Assembly: GCA_030704615.1 (NCBI GenBank)
Contig: CM060733.1
Coordinates: 64,666,001-64,730,000, forward strand
Length of the DNA: 64,000 nt
DNA from: Takakia lepidozioides
Lineage: Eukaryota; Plantae; Bryophyta
Direction of reading: 5' to 3'
Of this stretch, positions 52,401 through 64,000 are shown one piece after another. Within the stretch, counting starts at the first letter, position 1, and every line of letters begins with the position of its first letter. Below the pieces are notes generated by a model. That model did no database searches. It had not been told where the DNA came from and was given only the letters and a program-made list of their open reading frames with translations. A program made the position numbers and the translations under genes.

Positions 52401-52795
52401 AAGTACCCAACCAAAACATACCACTTATATACCACTTCACCGCCCATATCTACATAAATCTACCCCCCAAAAACCCCCTCGTAACACATTGTCCCCACGG
52501 TCGATACCACCTACAACCTTTAGCATCCAAACACTCCCTCGACCACCCCCCAACACACCACAACAAATTTAAATTAACTTGTGCGCTGCTTATACTTATG
52601 AGATGCGGTGACATACACCCCAACCCAGGACCTACAAGCATCAACAACATTATCAATGACCTTCCCACCGACCCCGAAGACAGATACACGTTGTACTTCC
52701 AACCCAACACTGTCTCACTCAAGCCAACATACCAACACCTATCCAACCACTTCATGCCCTCCCTTACCTCATCTACCGATCAAAACACGAATACT
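49495..52795 (+). mobile_element. LINE 5' half: ORF1 and start of ORF2
   Basis: ORFs 49559-50150 and 50163-51620 (homologous to 20578-21600, with an internal ~80-bp duplication at 51137-51300). Then LLILMRCGDIHPNPGP; cut at ~52795. Confidence 0.7.
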
Positions 52796-55700
52796 TATCC
52801 AATAGCCACTTTCGGCCTCCCTCCATGCGAATACCCTGCCCTCGTACAAGTTGTTTGCAAACTTACCCAATACCCACCTCAGTTTGGCTTTTCTTCTTGT
52901 TACTATCATTGTACTTACTTCTGGTACAACACATGGCCTAACCATGTGAGCTGCCACCACTGGGCCCTCATTCACAGGAGCTCTCATCTCATTCTGGTGT
53001 CTAATCCAGAATGAACAGGTTGCCTTGCGATGTCCTGGCTGATTACAATAGTAACACAGTTCTTCACCATTGGGTCCTCGCCCTTGGTCTGCTCTTGGAT
53101 TATTTCTGTAATCCTGATTCCCTGGCTGGTCATTCCCCCTTGGATTACCCTGATAGTTGCCTTTGGAATTTCCTTGGTAATTACCTCTCCCTTCCATGCC
53201 ATTGTTATAACCACCAGGCCTACCATAGTGGTCCTGATCACTGTTTCTTCTTGGTTGGGGCTGCACTTGATGCACCCTTACTTGCCTAGGTTCTCTAGCT
53301 GCTGTCCTTCTGTTGTAGTAACAATTCTCAGTAGAATGGTTATCCATCTTACAGATAGTACAGTGTTTCTTCTTCATGTGGCATTCAGTGGTGGTATGGC
53401 CTTCATTCTGGCACTTTGCACACCAAACACCCTTCCTCCAATGTGTTGCAGCCTCTGTGGCATACTTCTTCAAGATTTCTTCTAATCTTTTCTCATAGTT
53501 ATCCCTCTTCAACTTCTCCTTTCTCTTACTCTTCCTTTTCAGTTCTTCTTCTTCTTCTTCATCTGACTCATCCTCAGAGTCCTCATCATCCCTTTTCTCT
53601 CTCCTGAGCATTCCCAACTACTCAATTTTGTTCGCTGTTTCAAATGCCTCCTCCACTGTATTATGGGGTAACATATCCACTTTCTTTTGCAACTCTGGTC
53701 TTAGTCCACTCACAAACCAAGTCTTCTGTAAACCTGGTGCTGGTACAGCAGCCAGCTTTTTCATCATCAATTCCATCTTTTCCATATACTCCTCAACAGT
53801 TTCATGCTTCTTTTGCTTTAACTGTTGTAAACTTCCATACACTTCATCCTCAGTTTTACTTGTCCTGAACCTATTTCGGAATGTTGTATTCAAGCCATTC
53901 CAGGTTAGGAAATGATTATCGGGGAATCTTGCATACCATTCACTTGCTTTCTTGATAAGTGAACAAGGAAACAATCTCATCTTGGCATCATCGTCATTCT
54001 CATTGTTCACTATACACATATGCTCAAATTGGCTAATGTGTACATCGGGATCCCCTTTTCCTGAATATATTGGAAAAGGTGGTTTTGCCCGTGTGGGTTA
54101 TAACGCCATCTGTGGCCCTTCCTTCTGCCCATGTACCTCAGATCTTTCACCTCGTGATTGATCTTCTTCCCATACCAATTCCCTTAATCTTTCTTGCAAA
54201 GAAAAAGAAGGAGTGGCATCCAACTCTAGTTCTTCCGGTATGGGTGATGTACTCCCTGATCTTAATGGTGTGAGAGGTCCAGATGATTCCCCTATGTCTA
54301 TTCCTCATTAGCTTTCAGATAGCTTTCTCTTTTTGCTGAATATCTCTGGAGTCTAGCTTCTCTTTCGTCACTCATGTCCCATGTCTTTCATTTCTTTTAA
54401 TGTGGCAATAACCAAAACTCTCTTCTGTAATATCTCTCGTATATGCCTGGTTTTCTTTCAAGCTTCAATGCACCCTTGGCTATACTAGAAGTCTCCGTTA
54501 CCATATAACCATATGGCAAACAAGTCTGGAAAGTTGTTCTTGGTGTGAGTTTGATCCACAGAATATCCTTTGGAATCCAATTCTTTACCAGTACAAGCTC
54601 TTCATGCATATGAGTATAAACATTCATCTTTCCTCCCAGCCTTCAAACTCTACTCGCTTAATGGATAGCAATGCTATCACATAAACCAGTGTTGGTAACC
54701 AACGTGCTCTTCCACTACAGGCCACCTAATAAATCTTTATCACTCCTTTCTCCAGACCCCATTCAGGGTCAGCATCATGCACTCTTTTAAGAATGTTTTC
54801 TTTACAACCGTCTGGCTATTCCAAAAACCTCTGAAAGAATCGTTTGGACAATCTTTCCTTCTCAGTTTCACAGGGAATTTGATTCACATCAAATTCTTTA
54901 ATTCTCCAACCACCATGATCCCACCAGATATCTGTCACATCTGGTTGTTCATGACCCAGTCCCCCAGTATGGTCGCCAAATGTCGAGCGGCTTTTACTCA
55001 CCCATCCCTTCGCTATCCGAGGTGGGAACTCCAAGATAGAAGAGTTGGAAATCTCTAAGCACTCAGCCCGCTCAGAACAATCAGTCATGACCTACAGCTA
55101 GTGTATCATGGGGGTGTTTCCTATTTGTACTCCTTCCCGCATTCATGTTAGCGAGTTACCTTACTATCTGCAATTAAGTATCAGTTTGCTTCAGAAATCT
55201 ATCAAGTTCCATCCATTCATTCCACAGCTTCACTCAGGTCTCTCTACACAGTGTGAGTATGAAGTATGTATCAGATTAATAATATCTATCAAGTATCAGG
55301 CTGAAGCCATGGTGTCTCTAATCTACTCTACATTACAATTCTTCAGCTTGCATTCATCAAGTAACAACAGATCGTCACTTCTCCTACTTCGTGCTCTTCA
55401 GCTTTCCACTCAGAGATGTGCTCTCCCCTCTATTTCCAAGCCGTGATGCCAAAAGTCCCCCACCCAGAAGTGATCCCCAGACGTCCCCGCTCTTCGCTTT
55501 ATCTCCCTACAAACTGTTCTAACTGCTTTCCTAACTAACCGTCATCCCTGTAGTACACGTTCATTTTTCAGATGTCGTTCCCCACAGTCGTTCCCTGCCA
55601 ATGATAACTGTCCCCCCAGCTGTGCCGAGCTGTGACTGGCTGTATCAGGCTGTGGCGGGTGACTGGCTGTGTCGGGCTGTGTAGGGCTGTGCGAAGCTGT

Positions 55701-56005
55701 GGCGGCTGTGTCGGGCTGTGACTGGCTGTGTTGGGCTGTGTCGGCTGTGCGAAGCTGTGACGGCTGTGTCTGACTGTGACGGGCTGTGTTGGCTGTGCGA
55801 AGCTGTGACGGCTGTGTCGGGCTGTGACTGGCTGTGTTGGACTGTGACGGGCTGTGACGGCTGTGTTGGGCTGTGATGGTGTATCTCCCCCCCTAAAGCC
55901 TGTTGGTCTCACCCCTAAGGCTCCTATTGGTCTCAGTCTGTGTAAAAATTAAGGGTACCCCACAGATCCCGTAAAAGCGTCTAAGTCCTAAGCAGCCCTC
56001 TAACA
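52796..56005 (-). mobile_element. Tat/Ogre-like gypsy 5' end: LTR, PBS, gag
   Basis: LTR 56005-54981 and PBS TGGCGACCATACTGGGGG (54978-54961, tRNA-Arg-like). Gag core LFPCSL...LQQLKQKKHETVEEY...FVSGLRPEL, with three CCHC knuckles. Confidence 0.92.
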
Positions 56006-56240
56006 AAATTGTCCAAAGCAAAATTGAACCAAGAACGAAGTTAGGGATCCTTCTGCAACATGATCTTCACATCATACAGATACGTATGGGGTGGAACTGA
56101 AGGTAAGACCCAATGATCCCCAGTGGAATAACTGTGAAATCTCGTCTGCATCTTCTGCTGCTCAATGTGATAGCATGCAATGAAACAAGCAGCAGAGTAT
56201 AAACCACAACCCATGACCAGGCTAGGTACCTCCTTGGTCA
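56006..56240 (-). pseudogene. Third fragment of the Tat/Ogre-like extra ORF
   Basis: VMGCGLY.AACF...HIEQQKMQTRF.SYSTGDHWVLPSVPPH matches ORF 15762-16646. Confidence 0.9.
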
Positions 56241-57169
56241 TTCCAGCAGCAGCATCACACCCGGGTGAAATGCCCGTGGGTTCCATCAATTACTAGCACC
56301 AAGTATCACCATTCCATCACAAAGCCACCGGCTAGTAAAGCCAGAACTACTCTCACATTTCTTCTTTCTCTCAATGTTTTATTCCTTCCCTTAGTGCTCG
56401 TTCATTCAAGACAGTTCCAGGGTAGGACCCGCACTCCACGCATCCACCTTAGCACATTTGTGCACCTTTGAACATCACAGGAACATGCGTAGCTGCTGAG
56501 CTGCATAAAACACGAGTAATTGCCCTACACCACTAACTTGCAGGAAACAGCCCACACCAGCCCCATTCACATGGCTTACGAAGGGAAGCTAACTACTATA
56601 CACATAAATGTCTTGGTGCGTATCAATTACCAGCTCAAACCAGAGTATCCATGCCCAATGCAATAAGGCAGCTTGGGTTCAACAGCAGAGGTCCACAATT
56701 CCTAAAACCCGGGTGTTACTCCAGAATCAGGTCTCATCACTCCCCTCTCAATTCTCCAGCTCTCTCATCATCTCATCCTCTCTCTCCTTCAGCCCACAGC
56801 CCACTCATCTCTATCCCCAAAGCCAAAACGACAACACGAGAAAAGCCCTATATTCTATGCAGCCACTGACTATCTAGTATCCGAGTCCTATCGTGCTCAT
56901 CAAAGATCGCCGCCCAAGGCCACTACCCACCGGCAGTATTCAAGAATTTCCCGGAGTTGCCAGACTCAAACAAGATGCAGCTAACAAGCTCTAAATATCA
57001 ACCGCCAACTATAAAAAAAAGACGCTACAATGCCTTCGTCAAAAACCCTTGCGCACAGCTCGTGCCTAAACCTTGAAGTCGTGGAGTGTATCCTCACAAC
57101 ATTGCTGCTCTGCTCGCACCCGTCCTAGAGACATGCAAACAGACTAGCTCGAACGAACGTTGTATTGAA

Positions 57170-57610
57170 CGGATGCACCCATTCATCCACGGAATTCATC
57201 ACCCATGAAAATCATCCACGCTGATAACCGGGGAATGCTATATTGTGAGCCTGGAGGCGTGAGCTTGGGAGCCTGTGAGCCCAGCCAGGCTCACGGTCCG
57301 GCAAGCAATTATTGCGCGCATACTGCACTTATTTCCGCGGGTGGCTTTTATTTCCGCGGAATTTATGTTCATTCCCAGTCATTGCCACAATATATCATAT
57401 ATCATCCACCTTTGTCATGCACAAGTCTAGTGCATCTCTATCATGTACTGTTTTCATCCACGGACACCATCTATCTTTTTCATCCACCCCTTTCATCCAA
57501 AAACTGGTCCTACCTCTATCATGTATGTCCTCATCCACCTTCACCGTTCACCTATATCATCCACCTTTACCATCCAAAAGTATGCCCCACCCCTATCATG
57601 CAGATTCCCC
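57170..57610. repeat. CATCCAC motif tract
   Basis: About ten TCATCCA(C) motifs; related to 22668-23140. Confidence 0.5.
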
Positions 57611-59056
57611 ACACACAGTCACCACCCACCTCTCACATGCACTCCTGATCTCTTAAATGCCTCGGAAGGACCTGTGTGTGGCAGGACAGAGCTATAGATG
57701 CACAACATGGTACATGCAACCTTCTGAATTGTGTTCGTTGATTCTGTTGGTACACCCCCCCCCCGCTGCAGCAGTGTGGTCGAGCAGTAGTTTCGAAAGC
57801 CACTCCCTTCCTGGAGACATGCCATGCATTCAAGACTCTTTCTGCTCACGGAGATAGAGTTTTGGGCGCACGAATCGTCAACTGGAAAGGAGTGACTTTT
57901 TGAACTACTCCTCGACCACACTACTACTGCAGAAGGGGACACTAGCATGCTATGTGTTTTGAAGGGAATAGCACTAGCAGGCTCCACAAACGCCGGTCTT
58001 AGGATGATGTTGAAGGGATTATGGAAGAGCGGAAGGGTCGCAAAATTTTCAAATGGTCAGCTATACGCACTCTATAGGCATGAAGACTCCATAACATAAT
58101 GACTTCGAACTCGACGATTCATTACTGTAGCTGTGAGGAGTGGTTGGGCACAAGTTGATATGTATGTGTCCAGATTTCATATTGACTGACGGCAGATTTC
58201 AGTGAGTGAACTAGCTGCGCCAGTTCTTCCCAGTCAAACACTTTGTTTTGTGCGCACTAATTCATTTCCGGTGGTACCGCATCCAATGCACGCTGCTATT
58301 TGTGCATGTGTGCTGTTCCCTTTTTAGCCTATCCTTGTCAACTTTATTTTTCCTAGAAGTGATTTAACGATCCCAGTCTTAGCGGAAATGTCAACAAGAA
58401 CCTGCTTCGACCCAACTGGATTCACAACAGGTGTCTTGGCAACAGATCCAAATCACTAGCAGAATACAAGAAGGTGCTTTCTTTAGAAGAACAGGCAGAC
58501 AAAGCGCTGTATGATTAAACCTTAGGGAGACATAGACTTCAATTTGTTCCGGATATTTAAAATATTGAAGTCACAAAAAAGTGAGGCAAACGGTCAAGTG
58601 TCAAGGTCACTGGAATCACCCTCCGACACAGACGCTATATCATCCACATACACCCTGGCATCTCTACCACGACGCCTCCTACCACAGTCGACACTAGGAG
58701 GGCTACTGGTCTGCTGCAAACACATAGTGTTGGCCATTGCATTAGCATAAGAGGGCATTAGGAAAGTGTGGAGTGGACTTGAAATCGAAGCATAAAGCTG
58801 GCAAAGCGTCCTGGGTGGGCTTTGCGAGAGTGGACTCCTGCAAAAGAAAACGACAACGCAGTTGTCACGCACAAGAGAAAACTGGAATCCAAACACCGCA
58901 GAAGCGTGATTGAAGCACCTTCCACTGTCCACTCAAAGGCATGCTACAGCACAGGGGCCAAACGAGAACTCGGATGGATTTGCAGACAGGCCAAACTTAC
59001 TGACATTTGAAATTGTTATCCACGTTCTTGTCCTCTGACTCCACCTCTTGCTGGCG

Positions 59057-59880
59057 CTACACACCTTCAGTTTGTGTCCCAAAAGATGAACCCGCCTGCA
59101 GAGGGACCAGGATAGTGCTGAAAAGGTCGGAGTCCCCCTCCATGCCGAACAGATTCCTCCCTCCAACCTTGCAGGCATGATAGCTTGCACCTTGAAGAAC
59201 AATGGGACAGTAGCAAATCAACTCAATAACATGATCAAAGTTTACAGGAAAGCCAAGAATTTGACCCCGGTCCCTTCTACGATTGTGTCCACCAGCCTGT
59301 ATTGGATCAGGTGCAACGGGTCGCTCCTGGCAAAAATTATCCGAATAAAGATGGACCTGTGCCAAGAAAAAGGTCCACCACCCGACCTCTTTGCATGCTG
59401 CAACACTCTATGAGTGTCTGCATGAACGTAGGGCTTCGGTCCCTGGCACCCCTCCACGGGTCCCCAGCGGATGTCTTCAATATGTCCTCGGCCTCGACAT
59501 AGGTAAACAGCATGTCGTCGATGTGAGGTTGACACGCATCCCATTTTGCGATCCTCTCTTTGTCCACTTTTGCACTGTTCCCATTCGTGTCTTGCAGGGA
59601 CACGTAGAAGACTTGCGCGCCAAGTCGATACCCGTGCACAAAATCAGCCTCCAGCTTCTCAATATCCTACGTGATAGGAGGACGGACGACTGACATGGAG
59701 ATCATCCTGCAAAGAGGGATATGTAACTTGCCTCCAGGAACTACCATCTCTCGAATGACCTCTTGCGAGTTGACCTTCTGGTAGGATAGTAGCTCATTTG
59801 CTTTCTCCAAGTAGTGGGGCTCAGGCTCCTCACTACTTTTGTCCTCCTCCTCCTCATCAGGACTCTTAATCTCTGCAGTT
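59057..59880 (-). pseudogene. Beta-class N4C/N6A DNA methyltransferase-like gene, copy 3 (divergent)
   Basis: DDMLFTYV...DPWRGARDRSPTFMQTLIECCSMQRGRVVDLFLGTG | intron 59356-59191 (GT..AG) | ASYHACKVGGRNLFGMEGDSDLF. The upstream part is frameshifted and no catalytic motif IV is seen. Confidence 0.8.
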
Positions 59881-60011
59881 TTCTTCCCCCTTTTTTCTGG
59901 ATGAAAACGATCATAGACTCAAAATGCGATCTTGCAATCCACCTCACCATGAGAATCGTGACTTTCATGCAGCTTCACTACCTGCTGCTAGAATTCCATC
60001 TAAGCAGATTG

Positions 60012-60526
60012 CTGATGATCGTAAATGAGAAACACACTATACAAGATGTCATAAGCTAGTTGTGCAGGAGAGAATTGCGATGATCGTTGAAGATCATCGC
60101 GAAGAACAAGGAACCAAAAACAGTTTCTGCTAAGACCCTCTACCACTAGAGGATCATCCTGTGGCAGCCCAAAGTGATGATCATAAAAAATCATCACTTT
60201 CGACACCCTCCCCTCACCCTTCACTCTCCCAACAACGAATACTCTACCCTCACAATACTGCTGTTGTGACCCTCCAACAGGCATCACTTTCTGATGATCT
60301 TTGACGATCATCAGAAACTGACACTCTCTCCTTACACCTCTCCCACTCTCGAGGCATCCATCTCCCCACACTTCTCTGTACCACACAAGGCCATTTCTGA
60401 TGATTGTTGGCGATCATCAGAAACTGGGACGGTCTGTTTACCTCTCACGAACCCCACAGACACCCATTTCCTCTCACATCTCCCTCTCAGACAGGACCCG
60501 TCTCTGATGATCGTCGACAATCATCA
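60012..60526. repeat. Array of spaced palindromes GATGATC-N6-GATCATC
   Basis: Copies at 60077-60100, 60171-60200, 60288-60317, 60394-60423 and 60505-60526, plus a half-site at 60014. Confidence 0.85.
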
Positions 60527-60925
60527 AGAAGTATCGTCGCCCCTGCCTCTCCCTGCACGATTACCTCACCACTCAACTTCAATCACCCCTGACCATCCGA
60601 AACTCACCGCGGAACATAAAGCGAGAGAATGATGGGTTGATAGAATGCACTGTCTATTTCTGTTTCTTGGGCTTCTCTCCTCCCTCTGGCGGACCTGCCT
60701 CGGTGGGTTTGCGCTTTCCCTTGGAATCGTGAAGAGAGAGAGAGAAGACTCCGGCCGAAGCTGACGTAACTAAGAGCCACTTCACCTTTCGGCTACTGCC
60801 TCCTGTCGGGGGTGGGCCCTATAACAAAGAACGGGTGTCCGGTTGGACACCTAGTGACCAGTGGTGTGTGGGCTATGATGCCATAGCCGGGGGAGGGGGT
60901 ATCCTCGGGGGGTGCATCGAGATGT

Positions 60926-61590
60926 CTAGGGTATTGTTTTGGGGTTGGATTCTAGCTTGCATTTATTGGTGATGATAGTTGTGAGAGAGCGGAGGGCTGT
61001 GAGGTGAATGGCTTGAAAGAAGAGTGAGGTAAGGCTGTCAGTGAAAATATAGTAAGGGGGAGGGAAGGTGTTGAGCCTGCATAGGGCCTCATATATTGCC
61101 TCGCGTAGAATTGTGGTAGGACCAGGTAGGCGGAGGGCGACGCCTTGCTGGGTAGCCGCATGGTATACACCATATCTGGCCTTGGAGTTTGTGAGGGATC
61201 CATCCGTGTAGTGGGAGTGGGAGAGGGGAAATCTGAGAGGTATGGTTTGTTGGTACATCTGAGAGATGGTGGGTGGGGCTTTGGTAGGGGCAGTATGTGG
61301 TGGGCGTGGTATTGCTTTTAGCCATGCTTTGTTAGGTTTGACATTGAGGAGAGGGTGGTGAATATGTTCGCATTCGGAAATGGAGTGGTTAGTCTTGTAA
61401 GGGAGGGCGATGCTAGCTTTCAGTTTGTGAGTTTGTGTGAGTAGTTTGTGGAGGCACTTGAGGAGGGAGGGGGGGATGTTTGTCGGGAGGGTGCGTTGTA
61501 CGAGGAGGACAAGGGTTAGAGATGATTCCTTTTGTTGAAGGTATTTGGGGAGGGGGGGGGAGGGTAAGTGTGTATTTAAGTTGGTTTGGT
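60926..61590 (-). mobile_element. Non-LTR element RNase H fragment
   Basis: HYTDGS...YGVY...TTILR(AEL)AIYEAL...IFTDSLTSL, an RNase HI-type signature. C/A-rich coding bias like the other LINE pieces. Confidence 0.8.
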
Positions 61591-61591
61591 T

Positions 61592-62520
61592 CAATATAAG
61601 GAAAATGCGGAATAACCACTGGCCCTTTAACCACTACTGTCTTTTCCCACTCTATAAACCACTAGTAACCACTTGCCAGTGGTTAATCCCGATGAAATGC
61701 CACGGTGGCATCACAGACAGTGGTTGGAAGTGGTTTCAACCACTCAGTAGTCCACGTGTAATAATTTGTTTTTATTTATTATTATTTCATTTGGTAATAT
61801 ATTTTAGTTAATAAATATAATATTTCACGTGGACGGGTGCAGTGATACATTGTGAGTGGTTATAGACACCTCAGTGATGGGAAGTGGTTGAAACCACTTG
61901 CTACTCCACGTGTAATAATTCAAAATTTATTTATGATTTATGATTTGGAAATCTATTTTAATTAATTAATATAATATTCCACGTGGACAGGGAGAGTGCA
62001 CGTTGATCTTGAGTGGTTAAAGACACCTCATTGATTTGTACCACTTTGACAGTGGTATAGAGTGGGTGGTGAAAGACACTGCAGTAATTGGAACCTCTAT
62101 TCTAGTGGTCGCTCATGAGTGGTTGCCTACACACCTGTGATTGGTACTTTTGTGGTGATACATGAAAAACTTTAAGTGGTTTGTGCACCTATGACAGACT
62201 TTGAAAAACAGACAAGTGTCCAGACCATTGTAGGATGATGCTAATAGCCAACATAGCCAGGTCTTCAATCTCTCATGTTAGTTCTAGAATATTATGTGGT
62301 TAAAGACACCTCAGTGATTAGTACCACTTGGACAGTGGTACATAGTGAGTGGTTAAAGACACCGCAGTGATTGATATCACTTGGACGGTGGTAGATTGTG
62401 AGTGGTTAAAGACACCTCAGTGATTGGTACCACTCTTGTGGTGATACATGAAAATGTTTCAGTGGTTTGTGCACCTGTGGAAGACTTTAAAAACATACAA
62501 GTGTCCAAATCATTGTAGGA
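61592..62520. mobile_element. CACTA-like element end with AACCACT/AGTGGTT subterminal repeats
   Basis: Starts CAATATAAGGAAAATG (one mismatch from CACTATAAG...) exactly where the LINE frame is cut. Repeated GAGTGGTTAAAGACACC. Confidence 0.55.
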
Positions 62521-63819
62521 TGATGCTATTGAACAGATGGTTCCAAACAATCAACTTTATTCTGAATCTGAATCACAGTATTCATTCTCTGAAGCACTTT
62601 CCTCAACTGGAACAATGTTTGGTCATACAAAACTAGCTTGAAATATGGTAGCCAACATAGCCAGCTCTTCTCCACTTAGAGCCGTGGCACCATCTAATGA
62701 CCTAGGTATGGGCTGATCTGATAAGGTAGAGGGTGCCCGTAGACCATCAAAATTTGTATTTTCTCCAATGTCCAAACTTCAACGATGAATTTTATTATGA
62801 AAATAAATTAAGCCAGTTCCAAAAATACAAAATTTCGAAATAATTGAACTCACTACAAAGCTTGACAATAGTTGTTTACATTTCATTCAAATTTTTATAT
62901 GTCACATCTAGTAGATAAGCCTGATTTGTGAGCTGTAGCTCTTAGGTGTTTCCCTTTATTTATTTATTTATTAAAAATAGATAATCTAATATACTTTGGA
63001 AAAATCTATAGACTTTTTGCAAGAGCCCAAAAATGAGGTGTAGGTGGGTAGCATTGTAAGCCCTGAAGCTATCCCCCCAAAAACTACGTCAAACAGGTTT
63101 CATATGACCCGGATATGGCCAAACATGCATTACATAATTTAAATTTGGCCATATTAATTAGTTCGTTTTGGCCTGCCTTTATCGATTGCTACTACCACTT
63201 CATATAAAAGTTAACATTGTACTCATTACAATAAAGTGAAATTCACATACCATACCACATATAAAAAGGACGTAGCAGGATTTGAGCCCCAAACCACTAG
63301 GGTAACAAAAAATGTACTATCCAATAAAAGTTCACAATAATTCAAAATGGAATTAGGGTTGCGGGGTTGTGTGTTGAACGATGAGTCTTAGACTTGGTCG
63401 TTTTCTTTGTTTGTGTTGTGGGATGATTTGCAGGTGCATAGCTAGGGTCCGAGATGGAAGCTTTGGAGACCACCTGCGCTCAAGCGATGCGGGGAGGGTT
63501 GAGTTCGACAGCTTTGGAGACATGCGCGCAATTGATGCGGGGAGGGTTGAAACTCGATAGCTTCCTAGCTTTTTCATACGGCCCTCAATATCGTCCTCTC
63601 TATCCTCCTCTCTACCCCATCTTTATTTCACATTGTCTGCTTATCCTTAGTCCACGCCCAAGTGCTCTCCAACTCTCCATCAATCTCGCTCCCACCCTCT
63701 TCATTTCTCATGCTTTTGTTGTAGTAGGTCGCTCAAGGCTTGGGTCTTCTGTTGCCGGTTCTTTAGGGGCACCATTGCCAGGAAGTTGTATTCTAGGGCT
63801 CAGCCATTTATATATTCAT

Positions 63820-64000
63820 AAAGGGAAAAGAAGTCCATGGTGACATCGTCAAGGCTGGAATAGTACCAGATGTCATTTTAGTGAACAATACCCTTGTTGA
63901 TATGTATGCCAAATGTGGGAGCACTGTGGATGCAAAGGAAGTGTTTGATAGGCAAACGAGATATGGTGTTCTGGAGTGCTATGATTGCAGGACATGCACA
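63820..64000 (+). pseudogene. PLS-class PPR fragment (runs off the window)
   Basis: GKEVHGDIVKAG...TLVDMYAKCGS..DAKEVFDR, then a frameshift, then WSAMIAGHA. Confidence 0.85.

Noticed and set aside
16978-56005. The two homologous LTRs as ends of a single element
   Set aside because: They are in opposite orientations, are visibly diverged and have non-matching flanks, so they are two separate copies.
59715-59760. VIREMVVPGGKLHI as motif V/VI of MTase copy 3
   Set aside because: It is suggestive, but is preceded by an acidic tract rather than motif IV, so it cannot be assigned.
63270-63330. tRNA/SINE B-box-like GCAGGATTTGAGCCC
   Set aside because: No supporting A box or cloverleaf is visible.

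Overview
Eukaryotic land-plant DNA, probably a non-seed plant (inferred from the PLS-type PPR fragments and the TE mix). One intact host gene is visible: an 8-exon CBP60 calmodulin-binding transcription factor on the minus strand (26922-33050, 676 aa by my exon model). It sits in a dense nest of decayed transposons: Ty1/copia, several Ty3/gypsy lineages, CACTA-like ends, a MITE, LINE fragments and PPR pseudogene fragments. The most unusual signal is methyltransferase cargo in the TE space. (1) Three divergent, degenerate copies of a prokaryote-like beta-class N4-cytosine/N6-adenine DNA methyltransferase gene (~7.5-8.2 kb, ~42.7-44 kb, ~59.1-59.9 kb) share an intron at the same position inside the SAM-binding GxG motif. 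One copy lies beside an intronless kinase, a hairpin array and a SWIM/MULE-like transposase. (2) LINE fragments, assigned to one family by inference, appear to encode a 2A-like peptide, RT, a chromodomain, a PCIF1-like methyltransferase segment and RNase H. All domain calls were made by eye; no searches were run.
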